Positions 16,587 through 32,329 of a stretch of 64,000 nucleotides of DNA are shown here, one piece after another. Source of the DNA: the human T2T-CHM13v2.0 reference genome, Homo sapiens; assembly GCF_009914755.1 (NCBI RefSeq), contig NC_060926.1; one strand, 5' to 3'. Made by a program: the position numbers and the translations under genes. Below the pieces are notes generated by a model that ran no database searches, was not told the origin of the DNA, and saw only the letters and a program-made list of their open reading frames with translations. The stretch's first letter is position 1, and each line of letters starts with the position of its first letter.

Positions 16587-16909
16587 TCAGCGTAGTGGAA
16601 TATGATAAAAAGAGGAAACAATAATAGTGAGACATAAGCCTAATACATATCTATTTATCTAAATTTAAATGAATACTGATAGAGCTACTAGGAAATTATT
16701 CTATAAATTTGGTTTTATGATTGTGGTGGGAGATTTAAAAACTCTCCTTTTAATCAAATCTAAACAGGCCAAAAAATAGTGAAATCATAAAGAAATGAAA
16801 TATTTCATTAAAGGCCCAATTATAGTAAGTGTTAACTCAATTATAGTAAATGTAAATGTTAATGTTTACAATGATAATAAAGGTTACAATGGTAGGAAAT
16901 GTACTCTAT

Positions 16910-17311
16910 GTGTGGCAGAGGCACCTGGCAGCCTTAACTTACGCATACGCTGAGAATGACTACGGTCCAAGAAGAAACTGTTTTTGGAGTTACAACCTAA
17001 GGAATCCCGGAGTGGCCAACCTGGAGATTCACTCCCTGTGGTTTGAAGGACATCAGAGCTTCTGGCCCATCCTGTGGAATGCAGGCCACACAGGGGATCT
17101 AGGCATTTTGTTTTGGGTTAAATGGAGGCTGCTAGGTGCTTGCTTTTCACAAAGGGTAGCAGTCTTTCTGTTCAGCCCACTGCCACTGGACTGTCCCTAT
17201 TTTTAAATGCCCCCAGTAAACCCTTTGTCTCGTTCACTCTCTCTGGATCTCTTTTTGTCCCCTCAGACACAGTGCCATTCCTACTGGAGTCAACTGGGGT
17301 CTGGCACAACA
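16910..17311 (+). mobile_element. ERVL-type solo LTR (LTR47-like)
   Basis: ctgagaatgac...ctaaggaatcccggagtggccaacctggagattca. Ends in ggcacaaca. Confidence 0.55.
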
Positions 17312-18633
17312 GCCTATGAATAGAGAGAGTGAGAATAAGGCTGCTTTCCTGCGTAGAGACCCCACCATCTCAGGGACACTAAATGCTCCTCTCAGGGAAC
17401 ATTCTTCTGCTCACTGACCTTTAAATCAAGATGAGAAATGACTCCTTTGGTTTGAGGTTTTGTTCTCTGTTCAGAGATCTCCCAGGGAAGTCTTTATTTT
17501 AATCTATGGCCATCACCTTCCCTTCAACAGAAATCTGCTTGTTAAATTCTATCCTGAGAAGAGATTTAATAAGGGATAAATGGGGAGAGTATAAATTCAA
17601 GGGAAGGGTATCTAAGGGAGTGAGACAGGTGGGGAAAAGACCCTGAAGCTATTAAAAAGGGTAGTTCTGACCCACCTCAAGCCCACCTTGCCTGTCTCCC
17701 AGGCTGGGATACATACTCCCGGCCCTTCTCTCTCTGCTCCCATCTCTTCCTGTTCTTCCCTATCATCTCTCCGTGCCTACATTTCAATTGTTAAATTAAT
17801 GGGGGATGGGACAAAACATTTCTCGTTCCTTCAACCTAATTCCTGAGAGAAGCAGCTGCTACTTAAGGAATTTCTCAAGCTCAGAGCATAATTAAGTGTG
17901 ACTTTTAGCCCTGAAAAAAAAAAAAATCTGAATTTCAATTTGGGAGCTCCTGAGCGAGCAGTCTCCTTGACATTTGAAAGCTTAAACCTTATCTGGAGCA
18001 GCCCTTTGGAGGCTGACAGACCTTGCTGAACTTGAGCCATTTCAGAACCCACCATAGGGTTATTTTTCATTCCTGTTTTTCAATTACACAGCAGCAGAAG
18101 ATTCAATTAGACTGTGAGGGCTTTTCTTCATTAATCCATAGAAGCTTAAGTGACCATATTTTACAGAGAATACCATAAAATAAATATTGCACTGGATTTC
18201 TTTCTTATGTTAGTTTCCTCTTGCTATTATTAAAATGCGAGGAACATCAAAACCCAGAAGCCTCAGGGTTCACTCAGGTGTCAAAACCTCCACAAGCATC
18301 TCTTCCCACTGCTCCTCTGCTCTGCCGTGACCTTTGAGAGCCTCGGTTTTTACTCAGCTGTATCTGTTTCTAGCCTCTTCCCCTAGCACATTTGTATATG
18401 TATTACAAGAATAATCTCACTGTGGATGTCAGTATTTTTCCATTATAACAATTGCTCCACTTGGGTGCGTTTACACAGACATACCATTTTTAAAGTACAA
18501 AAGCATTGTGTCAGATATCTTATACACGTTTTTCTCTATCCTCACGCAAACATGTAAGCTTGGTATTATTATTCCCATTTCTCAGATGATGTTCTGGTTA
18601 TCCATTGTATCTGTATGTACCATGTTTTGTTTA

Positions 18634-19426
<793 letters not shown>

Positions 19427-19978
19427 TTTTGTTTCCATCTCTTGGCTATTGCAAATAATTCTGCTGTGAACATGGATGTACGTATATCTGTTCAAGTCCC
19501 TGCTTTTAATTCTTTCGGATATATACCTAATAGTAGAATTGCTGGATCCTAACAGTAATTCTGTCTAATTTTTTGAGGACCACCATGCTGTTTTCCACGG
19601 TAGCTGGACCATTTGACATTCCCACCAACGATGCTCAAGGATTCCAACTTCTATGCATCCTTGCTATCCTAGTGGGTATGATGTGGTATCATCTGCCACT
19701 TTTGAATGGTAAATGCCTAAGAGAAAAAGCAGCCCCCAATGTGAGTCTCACCTCCCTGGGCTTCCCTTCTCCCTGGGATCTTGGCCCATCAAGTCCTCAC
19801 TGCCTTTGGTAGTTCTCTAGTACATTCACACCTATTTCAAGAACATTTTGTCCAGCTTAGAGTTGTACTCACTAGGAGGTTGGTTGAAACAAGCCATTGC
19901 TGCCCCTTCCACACTTCTGGAAAAAAAAAAGATTACTCTCTAACTCCTTGCATTATGGGGTTGTAGGAAAACCTATAA

Positions 19979-20170
<192 letters not shown>

Positions 20171-20934
20171 TAATCATCAATGCTTTTGCCAAATATCCAT
20201 TTTAGTTTTATCCCCTTCTGGGCATATGTCAGGATTGCATTTCTTGGTGTCTTTGTGATACGGTAGAGCCACATAGCCAGCCCTGGCTGGTGATTTTCTT
20301 TGGCGGATGATGTTGGAGCAGCAGTGTAACTGAAACACGTACCAGTCACTTGCCACCTGCAGGGTCCAATTCACAAAAGTGAGGTCTGGTCTAAAGAAAG
20401 TGACTTTATTCCAATGTTTAGCTTAGGGGAAGTACAGGCTCTTGCCTTTAAGGGTATTGCTTCACTTTTGGGGCAGAAAGCAGGGAATTTTAAAGGGGAT
20501 TTGGCATGAATGGCATGCATGGGAGGGAATGAGCAGGTGCAAGGTCTAAGTGACTGACTTTGGTGCCGTATCTACCAGGTGGTCAAGCTGATGCCATTGC
20601 AAGTCGTAAAGTGGCCATTGCCTCAAGATCCCCTCCGGGTGGGAGACAGTTCTCTCGCGGGCGTACTTTAGGTTGTAAATTGACTGTTGTCTCTCAGGTG
20701 ATCTCTTGATGGAAGAGAGCTCCCGCTCTGGAGCTTCTAAGTCAGCACATAGATAAGCTTGCTGTGCAGGGAGTGTCTTAAGGTCTGTGTCCTTCTGCAC
20801 ACTCAGGGAAATCCATTTACCTTTTGCAGCTCCTGGAGGCCGCCACATTCCCTGGCTCATAGCCCCTTCCTTCTTCAAAGCCAGCCACGGCTGGCTGAGC
20901 CTTCCTCAGATCACATCACTCTGACACCCACTCT

Positions 20935-21668
20935 TGTTAACAAAAGACCATGAGGTACACAGAGAAAGGAAAGGAGAAGACTTTATTTTCAGAGGGAGAA
21001 GCAATCGTGGATTGAGGAACATAGCTTCCAGGGACAACCGAAAGTACACGCCCTACAGAAGGAAGGGGGAGCTGGTATATGTGTCTTATAGGGCAAGACT
21101 TACATGCGTATTGAGCAGGGTTGGGGACATTCTATGAATATTCATGAGGGATGGCTGGCACGTGCACAGTGGGTAAATGTCTATAACATACATTCCATTC
21201 ACTTTGGGATGGGGTTTCAGGAATTAAAATGAGGTAGAATTTGGCTCTTGATCTCAAAAGGTAAACAGACACTTTGTGCACAGTCTCTATAAGCTAAATG
21301 GCTGTGACTGGCTTGAGGTCTGCAGCCATTTATCAGTAAAGAAAGTTTATAAGACCAGTCCTCTGTCCAATCAGAGTTGTGGTGGGGAGGGAGGGGAGAT
21401 TGGAGACTGGGTATGCAGGAGGCAAGGGGGGGGCGTTGGGTCGGCTAGAATCTTGGGGTCATTTGGGAAATTTTCCAGCTATAGTTGTTTGGGCAATGCT
21501 TTTCAGGAAGTGGTTTCTGCTTAATTACAGGAAATAAACCTTATGGCCATTAACGACACTGGGATTCGTGACTAATCCTCCATCCTGCTGGCCATGAGAT
21601 TCTGTTTTCGGTGTGTCTCATTTTAGCCACAAGGAGTCCACTTTGTTTGTTGGGGGTATATTTTAACA
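20935..21668 (-). mobile_element. ERV1-type solo LTR (family uncertain)
   Basis: tgttaa...ttaaca inverted termini and TSD ctct/ctct. Confidence 0.75.
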
Positions 21669-21701
21669 CTCTTTTGCCTCCCTCTTCCACATTTAAGGAT
21701 C

Positions 21702-22259
21702 TGTTAGGAATGCAAAATGCTTGTTCCCTGGTGCCATAAAGAAATAGCACTTGAACATAAATTTAATTCTCTCAACAAGGCGATTTTTACTTTCTGCAGA
21801 AAGGGTACACTCGCCAGCCATCTTGCCACGAGAGTATACTGAACAAAGGAAAAGCAGACATATTTATCTCTTACGCATTTGGGTCGTTCTTACTGCTGTG
21901 TCCTGCATCCACTAGCTGGAGCCAAACCTCATAGTCTAAACTGATACCCGATTTGCTAACAAGCTAAAACTTTCTTAAATAGGTGAAGGCAAGGGAGAAC
22001 AAAGGAAAGGAGGAAGTTGCTTACAAAAGATTTAAAGAAGCAATAACATTTCCAAATAAGGAAGGGGCATAGGCTGTGAGCTGGAACGTGCCTGTGAGCA
22101 TGTCCAACAGCTATATGGGATAGGGCTTAACAAAGAGTTATTAGCACAGATCAAAGAGGTTTGAAGAAAGTCTTTAAAAGAAACTATTATTTCTAACACT
22201 TATGATTTATTTTTTAACAAGAAGGGAAACTTTGAAGAGGAAACTTTTTACTTTCTATA
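21702..22259 (-). mobile_element. LTR10-like solo LTR
   Basis: The reverse complement begins t(a)tagaaagtaaaaagtttcctcttcaaagtttccc. TSD gatc/gatc. Confidence 0.75.
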
Positions 22260-23412
22260 GATCTATATGATTACATTGGGCCTACCTGCATAATCTAGGG
22301 TGCCCTTTCTATTTTAAGGTCAAGGGATTGGCAACCTTAATTCCCCTTTGCTATGTACTGTAACATATTTTCAGGTTTTGAGGATTAGGACTTGGGCGTC
22401 TTTGGGGGGCCATTATTCTGCCTACCAGGGTCACTCAGCTTTGCCCTGTGGTAGGAGATGGTGGTAATAACCATGATGGTAGTGGTGGTGAGGCTCATAG
22501 TCCTGATGAGTCTTGCTTGAAGCTATAGGTTAGTACCTTCCTGATTTTTACGTAGTGGGTGTCCTACATTTTCCAACCTTCCAGAATTACCCTTTACTTA
22601 AATAATCAAAGAAAAGAACATGCTCTGCAGCCAGAGGAATTCTAACCCCTTTCCAAATTGCCAAGAATTCCTGGAAGTACATCCACCCTCACAGTCACTG
22701 GTCTCCTGCCACTCTGCTGCTTCCAGCTTCTCCTGGATCTCTCTGGCTCCTCCATCACAGGCTCTGCATACCTTCCACTTCCTCTGAGGTTTTTCCTCCC
22801 AAACAGGGACCTTCCCGTCATTCTGGAGACAGGGCTACCTGGAGAGATCAAGGTTAGAAGGTTTTATTAACTCCACCGAAGGCCTGAAGATCCTTGTAAG
22901 GACTTTAAAGTACGGGAGGGGAGAACTTCATTTAGTACTTAGTACAGAGAAGTTCCTGAGTCCTTTGGTTACACCAGTGTCAAGGGAGGCCTTTACTTAA
23001 AGTCTCCCTCCTTGAGCCAAGCTTAAATTCTCTTCCCTGAAGCCCCAGGCCTCAAATTGCTCCTTCTAGGACCACCAAAGGAAACAGAAACCCTTAAATA
23101 TTGACTTTATTATGCAGAGCATTATAGCTCCTTTGGTCTGCAAGAGCTTACTTCAGCCTGATCTCAGGGCCTTACCTTTGCATAACCACAGGGCCCATTA
23201 AGACGTTTTTCCCAAACAAAAGATACATTCTTTCCCAAGATGAATTCTTCTCCCACTCTTGGAATGCACAAATGCTGCAGTTGAAAAGTACAGCAAAGCA
23301 AAAACAGCTCCATTTATTTTTACTTCCATTATTTACCACAGAAACAAGTAGTGTTAGTATGTGTGCTGTGGTGGAAAAGACTTAGATTTTATATCACAAC
23401 ACGCATATCAAT

Positions 23413-23768
23413 TGTATTAGTCCATTTTCACGCTGCTGATAGAGACATACCTGAGACTGGGCAATTTACAAAAGAAAGAGGTTTGATAGATGCACAGTTC
23501 CACTTGGCTGGGGAGGGGTCACAATCATGGTGGAAGGCAAGGTGAAGCAAGTCACATCTTCCATGGATGGCGGCAGCCCAAGAGAGAGAGCTTGTGCAGG
23601 GAAATTCCTCTTTATTAAGCCAACAGATCTTGTGAGACTTATTCACCATCACGAAAATAGCATGGGAAAGACCTGCCCCCATGATTCAATTACCTCCCAT
23701 GGGGTCCCTCCCATGACACGTGGAAATTCAAGATGAGATTTGGGTGGGGACACAGCCAAACCATATCA
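23413..23768 (-). mobile_element. THE1A/B-like MaLR LTR
   Basis: tgtattagtccattttcacgctgctgata...ggggacacagccaaaccatatca. Confidence 0.9.
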
Positions 23769-23940
23769 CCCATGCACACACATGACTTAAATAAAAGAAA
23801 AAATACCTATTCCTACTATTTGGGATACACACCTTGATATTTTCCATTCTGTTCAAATTTTAAAATGCTAAACATGATTTATGGAGGAGAACAAAATATG
23901 CCGCCCTAAAATATGACCGTATGAAACCAGATTATGCCAC

Positions 23941-24850
<910 letters not shown>

Positions 24851-24899
24851 CCTCCCCCAATAAATATGCCATTTTGGCATAAGGATTATTTGAGCTTGA

Positions 24900-25195
24900 G
24901 CCTTTTTTGTTTTTTTTCTTGAAAGGGTCTTGCTCTGTCACCCAAGCTGGAGTGCAGTGATGCGATCATAGCTCACTGCAGCGTCAAATTCCTGGGCTCA
25001 AGTGATCCTCCTGCCTCAGCCTTCTGAGTAGCTGGGACTACAAGTGCATGCTACTGCACATTTCTTCTATTTTTCTGTAGAGATGAGTCCTTGTTATGTT
25101 GCCCAGGTTGATCTCACACTCTTGGACTCAAGCGATCTTCTTGCCTTGGCCTCCCAAAGTGCTGGAATTACAGGTGTCAGCCACCGTGCCTAGCC
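24900..25195 (-). mobile_element. AluJ-like
   Basis: Antisense Alu dimer. Confidence 0.9.
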
Positions 25196-26513
25196 CTAAG
25201 CTGATTATTTTGAGGAATAGCAGACACAGGAGAGGCTCCAAAACCAGTATAAGTTTCCCTTTGGTTAGGGAAATTTACATTTCTAAAGTAACTCCCCATT
25301 TGTAAGGATGTCTCCCTCTCTGCACCAGGAAGAAAAAGAAGACTCTAAATCACAAGACTTTTATCAGTGGAGAAAGCACTGACTTAAATCTGCACAGCAA
25401 ATCTTACCCTTGTTTACTGTACTTTTCCTGGTCACCTTCCCATAACTTTCCTTGCCCACATCCTTCTGCCTTTGTTAGCTAAAGAGTGTATTTTAGCTCA
25501 AGTTTTAGCCACTACTCTTCCCTGAGTTTCTCCCATTTGTATATAAGATCTACATATTAATAAACTTCTGTTTGCCCTTCTCTTGCTAGTATATCTTTTG
25601 TAACAGGAGCTTGAGCTGAGAACATAGAAGAATAGAAGGAAATATTTTATTCTTCCCTTACACTCACTAAATATTTTTCATGACCTGCTGATAGCTCATA
25701 ACCTGCACATTTAAAAGCATTGCACTAAGCAGAATACCCTTTTATCTCCCCTCCCAGGGCTAAATATTTGTGTAATGCTTTAGTGTCTACAAAGCATGTT
25801 TTAAAGCGTACATTATCCCATTTAATCCTTGCACAATCCCAAAATGGGAATAATAACTTTCCTTTTATAAATGGGGGGAAATGAGGTCTAAAATGTTGGA
25901 GCAGCTTGCCAAAGTCATGCACCCAGAAATGCAGAGTTTGGATATTAATCTCTGAATCTAAATCCAGGGCTCTTTCACCAAAACCAGACGCCTAGTCCCA
26001 CTTTATCAATACCTTCAACTCTTATGGTTTAGGTTAAACTAGACAAAGTAAACTCTTTTTGCGTAAACTGGATTCTTAGCGCTCACAAAACCTCAGAATT
26101 CTTTGTGAGCCTGGAGTTTGCATACCTGTCCTGCCTTCCCTTTCCTTAGCCCGGGTGGTCTGGCAGAGCTGGGAAGGTCGTTGCAGAGTATAAGGTGTAC
26201 CACTTTCCCCCCAGGGCAAGAGGCCTCTACACCCACCTGGGGCTTCACTGTGGCTGGCCTTGGGTTTGAGCCCTGCCTTTGAACACAGCAGGGGGACACA
26301 GTCCCTGCCCTGGGCTGGAAGTAGTTGATTCACGCTGCTGTAACAAAATACCATACACTGGGCAGCTTATAAACAACAGAAATGTATTTCTCATAGTTGT
26401 AGAGGCTGGGAAATCCCAAGATGAAAGTTCTGGCAGATTCAGTGTCTGTTGAAGGTCTGCTTCCTGGTTCATAGATGGCGCCGTCTCAATGTGTCCTCAC
26501 TTGGTAGAAGGAG

Positions 26514-27492
26514 TGTCGATGAAAAGAGTCCAACTCTGTAAAATATTTGAAGAGATTTATTCCGAGCTAAATATGAGTGACCCATGGCCCATGACACAGC
26601 CCTCAGGAGGGCCTGAGAACATGCGCCCAAGGTGGTCAGGGCACAGTTTGGTTTTATACATTTTAGGAAAACATTAGTGTATTAGTCCTTTTTCATACTG
26701 CTATAAAGAATGGCTTGAGACCAGGTAATTTATAAAGAAAAGAGGTTTAATTGACTCACAGTTCAGCATGGCTGGGGAGGCCTCAGGAAACTTATAATCA
26801 TGGCGGAAGGTGAAGCAAGGCACCTTCTTCACAAGGCAGCAGGAAGGAGAAGTGTTGAGCGGAGGGGGAAGAGTCCCTTATAAAACCATCAGATCTCATG
26901 AGAACTCACTCACTATCACAAGAACAGCATGGAGGGAACTATCCCTTGATTCAATTACCTCCACCTGGTTTCTCCCTTGACATGTGGGGATTATGGGGAT
27001 TACTCTTCTAGATGAGATTTAGGTGGGGACACAGAACCTAACCATATCAATGAGACATCAATCTAATACACATAAATGTACATTGGTTTGGTCCAGAAAG
27101 GTAGGACAACAGGAAGGAGTGGGGGACTTCCAGGTCATAGGTAGATTCAAAAATTTTTCTGATTGGCAATTGGTTGAAAGAGTTAAGTTATTGTCTAAAG
27201 ACTTAGGAATGCCTGGGATAAGATAAGGGGTTGTAGAGGCAAGGTTTTCTCATGCAGGTAAAGCCTCTAGGTAGTGGGCTTCAGAGAGAATAGATTGTAA
27301 ATGTTTCTTATCAGACTTAAAGAGTCTGTTCTATCAGTAATTCCAAAAAGGAGGAGGGTATAGGGAGGCAGTCTGACCCCTCCTTTCCATCATGGCCTGA
27401 ACTAGTTTTTCAGGTTAGCTTTGGAATGCCCTTGCCAAGAGGAGGGGTCTGTGCAGATGGTGCGGGGCTTAGAATTTTATTTTTGGTTTACA
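26514..27492 (-). mobile_element. MER4-like ERV1 solo LTR
   Basis: The reverse complement begins tgtaaaccaaaaataaaattctaagcccc. TSD ggag/ggag. Confidence 0.85.
26678..27049 (-). mobile_element. THE1C/D-like LTR
   Basis: tgtattagtcc...aaccatatca with 5-bp TSD attag/atgag. Confidence 0.9.
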
Positions 27493-27707
27493 GGAGCAAG
27501 GCAGCTCCCTGGGCTTTTTCTACAAAGGCTCTAATCCCACTCATGAGGGCACAGCCCTCACAACCTAATCACCCCCCAAAGGCCCCCCCAACCCACCTCC
27601 TAACACCATTACCTTGGGGGTTAGGATTTTAACCAGAGAGGAGGAATTTTGGGGGAACACAAACATTCAGACCTTGGCACTCAGGAAGCTGGGAAATGAT
27701 ACCAGGT

Positions 27708-28154
27708 ATTGGAGAGGAAAAATGGCTTTCCTCTATCCTTCTGGTTCATTGGCTAGGCTACTAATTACATTGACATTAGACAGATTAACAGGGGGAAAAA
27801 CATGTTTAATTCCATGCATACACATGGGAGACCCACAGAAACAGGAGAGTCACAGAAGGGCCAAATGATTGGAGGTTATATAGCATCCTGAGCTACAGAA
27901 AGGAACAGGGGCTTGGGGCTTCTGGGGGGTTACCTTACACAGATGAAAAGTCTCTCAGGTAATAAAGCTTGTCTAAGCAGCCTTCTTCCTAATACAGATA
28001 CTTTTACTAAGGTAAACTTCCTTTATAGATGTGTTTTTTTTTTTTTATAAAAAGAAAGCTTTTCAGAGCTACCCCTGTCTGCAGTTTCTCAGAATAACCA
28101 GCTCAAAATATACCAATGAAGTGTATTTTGGGGTGGCATATTTGGGTCTCCTAC
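27708..28154 (-). mobile_element. ERV1 LTR related to 23941-24850
   Basis: Shares gacagattaacagg and gcatcctgagctacagaa. Ends gggtctcctaca. Confidence 0.65.
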
Positions 28155-28374
28155 AGTAATATTTTTGGGTGGTGTGTCCTGAGCCCCAACACAGAAAGAC
28201 AAACGATGGGGTCTGAGGACAGGTGAGCCAGCCTGAGGGTGAGTGGCTTTGGGTGGGGGACTGGGGAAAGGTCAACTGAATGAGCTGAGGATAGGGATGG
28301 GGTATCACATATCCAGGAAATGCTGAACACCCTGGGGGAGGGAAAGAAAACCTGGGGGTTAGAAAGCATGTCTA

Positions 28375-28648
28375 CCAGGTGGGGCATGGTGGCTCAAGCA
28401 CTTTGGGAGGCCGAGGCAGGTGGATCACCTGAGGCCAGGAGTTTGAGACCAGCCTGGCCAACATGGTGAAACCCCATCTCCACTAAAAATACAAAAAAGT
28501 TAGCCAGGGGTATTGGTGTGCACCTGTAATCCTAGCTACTTAGGAGGCTGAAGCAGGAGAATCTCTTGAACTCGAAAGGCAGAGGGTTGCTGTGAGCTGA
28601 GATCACGCCACTGCACTCCAGCCTGGGCGACAGAGCAAGACTCCGTCT

Positions 28649-28688
<40 letters not shown>
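28375..28688 (+). mobile_element. AluSx-like
   Basis: TSD aaagcatgtctacca and a ~39-nt A tail. Confidence 0.95.
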
Positions 28689-28689
<1 letters not shown>

Positions 28690-29077
28690 CATGTCTACCA
28701 GTTTTCAAGTTGAAACACTGCCTCTCCTTCTTATTCTCCTACAATTCTGCTTCCATGGGTTTTCTACATGTGGCAGTGGTTAGGAGGAGTTTTGCAACAT
28801 TTCAAACAAATGAGCTTTGTGTTTGTAGGGAAGGAAGGCTATCTAAACACTGATATGTCTAGAGAGACTGGTGAAGAACTTTTCCAAATGGGCTGCCAGG
28901 CTCTGCAAGCCAGTGAGCTCAGAGAAAAGCTCATCAGGGCCAAGAGAGAACTCTTTCTATATCCTCAGGATCCAGCCCTAGGTACCCGGGACAGCATTCT
29001 CTTCCCACCCAGAGAAGCCAGGGTTCCACAGAACTGAGCCTCCTTCCAGCACTAGCGGCTGGTGGGGGTTGAGGATT

Positions 29078-29950
<873 letters not shown>

Positions 29951-31121
29951 CTATGAAATCCCTCAGTCCCAGATGAACCACAAAGGTTGATCACTCCACC
30001 CATCTGGTTGTCTTTTGGAGTTATCTCCTCTGGCCTAGGGGGCCTTGTTTTTACAGGGGTGGGATGATTGTACCGCAGCACGGACACCTGACCTGGGGGG
30101 AGAATAGGGGAATATGGAAATTTAAACTCAGGAATCTGAAGAAATGAGAACACTTTCGGAGAACACTAGGCCTGGCCTAGTTATTCAGTTTCTCTTGGGT
30201 TCCTGTGCATTGAAATAATTTCAATAAATTCTCCCTTTTATTTACGTGCTCTTTGAGGGGTGGGGTAATTTCAGTATATCTCTGGCCTTTATAGCTAATG
30301 GGGCCCTGACTGAGGTAGGGAGGCAGCCCTGAAAGGCTTTTTAGAGGCTCCAAGACTAGCCTAGGCGCCAGGCTTGCCACTTGGAAAGCTTCCAAGAGAA
30401 ACCAGCGATGCCTGTCAGCGGGTCTGTGTATGTAGGGGATGGGCTCTCCTTAGGCAGATTTGTCTAAATGAAGCAGAAGTACCATGAGCTCCATCCAACA
30501 CTGTTGTTATTCTCACAACCCTGTAATTAGAATGATGTGAATTATTCCCTAAACAAAGGCCTAGAGAATAGTTTAACCATCTCTGTTTTATTTGTGTACT
30601 AAATAACTGTACTTGGAGTCATGTTTGTTTCCAAGCTCCTTATCACGTGTTTTCCTTTTTCTCTTCCCTGCCTCCTATACCAGTAAACTTCTTGAGGGAA
30701 GAGTAAGGTTCTCCTGCTCATACCTGCCTCTCCCAGGGCCCAGCATAGCTGCTTGTTTTCCTGTAAGCTCCTCGAGGACAGGGAGTGAGCCTCTGTGTGT
30801 TCCTAACGCCGAGCACCATCGTGACACCTAATAAGTTCTCAGTGAGTGAGTGCTGAACTGAGCTGCCACTTGTAGACTCACCAATAAATACCTGAGCCAA
30901 GGATGACGGATTTCCTCATCCAGTCATTCACTGAGTAGTTAATGAATTTGTATTATACGCCTCCATGCAGCTTACATTCTACTGAAAGGCAGACCAAAAC
31001 CTAGTAAACAGACAAATAAAGTCAGAATAAGGTATGGTAAATGCTGTGGGAAACAAAAAGGAGAAAGAGGCCTAGTTGAGATAGAATAGCCAGGGAAAAA
31101 CCCCTCTGAGGAGGTGACAGC

Positions 31122-31680
31122 TGTGAGAAAGGAAACACTTTCTCCCCACTCTCTTAGGTTCAGTGTTGGAGGCCTGTGAATTAAACTGACAAAAGACAGA
31201 TTGGCAAAACAAAAACAGAATTTTACTCACATACATACATGGGAATTCACAGAAAAATGTGGCTCAAAGAGGTGATTAGGATTGGGGGCTTATATATCTT
31301 TTTCACAGGCTCTCAGATGAAAGACCTTTGTCTTTTGGCGGTAGCTCTGACATTTTATGACACAATATACACCCTTAATAGGAGAAGGGGATGGAGAGAA
31401 AGGAGACTGGAAAACCAGCGACTTCTAGAAAAGATAAATGGGCCCTAAGGCAAATAGATATGAGGGAGATATGATAGTTTTGTGACCATGTCTATTTAGG
31501 AGAGTTTTTATAGCCTTGTGGCTTCCCCTCTGGTGAAGGGAGTCACTCTTCCATGGTTGGGAAACCTCTGGGAAGGGGATCTATGATGGTTGCATTCTTT
31601 TGGGAGGCTCTGCTTTTAGGCAGAAAGGGGAGTTTAGGAAAGAAACTCTCTTCACCATGGTATGTTCTGGATCCTTTTGC
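31122..31680 (-). mobile_element. ERV1 LTR fragment (MER34/MER39-group-like) next to L2 remnants
   Basis: gaattaaactgacaaaagacagatt motif shared with the other LTRs here. Confidence 0.55.
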
Positions 31681-31791
31681 TAGAAAGTTGGTTTCTTTTT
31701 TTTTTTTTTCTTGAAACAGAGTCTTGCTCTGTCACCCAGGCTGGAGTGCAATGGCTTGTGGATGTCCTTCTGCAGCTTTCTCTGTATTCAT

Positions 31792-32189
31792 TGTTATGGA
31801 CTGAATTGTGTCCCTCCAGATTCATACGGCGAAGCCCTAAACCCCTAATTCGACTGTATTTGGAGGCAGGGCCTACAAGGAGCTAATTAAGATTTAGTGA
31901 GGTCACAAGGGTGCAGCCTAAAGCCAAAAGGACCGCTGTCCTTATAAGAAGGGAAAGAGACACGAGAGAGCTCCCACTTCTCTCCTAAGCAAGCACAAAG
32001 AAGGGGCCATATGAGGACATAGGAGAAGGCAGCTGTCTACAGGACAGGAAGAAAGGCCTCACCAGAAAGCAGCCCTGACAGCATTTTGATCTTGGACTTC
32101 CGGCCTCCAGAACTGAGAAAATAAATCTCTGTTGCTGAAGCCACCCAGTCTGTGGTATTTTGTGATGGCAGCCCTAGCCAACTAATAGA
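31792..32189 (+). mobile_element. MLT1A/B-like LTR
   Basis: tgttatggactgaattgtgtccc...aagccacccagtctgtggtattttgtgatggcagccc. Confidence 0.9.
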
Positions 32190-32329
32190 CTCGGATTAGT
32201 ATACACAAAGATCCGTGCACAGGGAGTGTGTCTTATTTGATGTTTATTTGAGCAAAAATGGGATTGGGCTATACTCTCTTTCCTCTGAAACTAGCCTTAG
32301 TCATTAACACTATTAAATGGCCGTCTGGC

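Larger units (their letters stand above)
20770..22410 (-). mobile_element. MaLR LTR (MLT1D/E-like) hosting two younger LTRs
   Basis: gcagctcctggaggccgccacattccctggctcatagccccttcc ... tgattacattgggcctacctgcataatctagg ... ggggccattattctgcctacca. Confidence 0.75.
26322..27680 (-). mobile_element. MLT1A/MST-like LTR hosting MER4 and THE1
   Basis: gctgctgtaacaaaataccatacactgg...ggaacacaaacattcagacc. Confidence 0.8.

Noticed and set aside
22430-22870. Possible second pseudogene or exon
   Set aside because: No recognisable protein similarity in any frame. It looks like an old LTR tail plus unique sequence.
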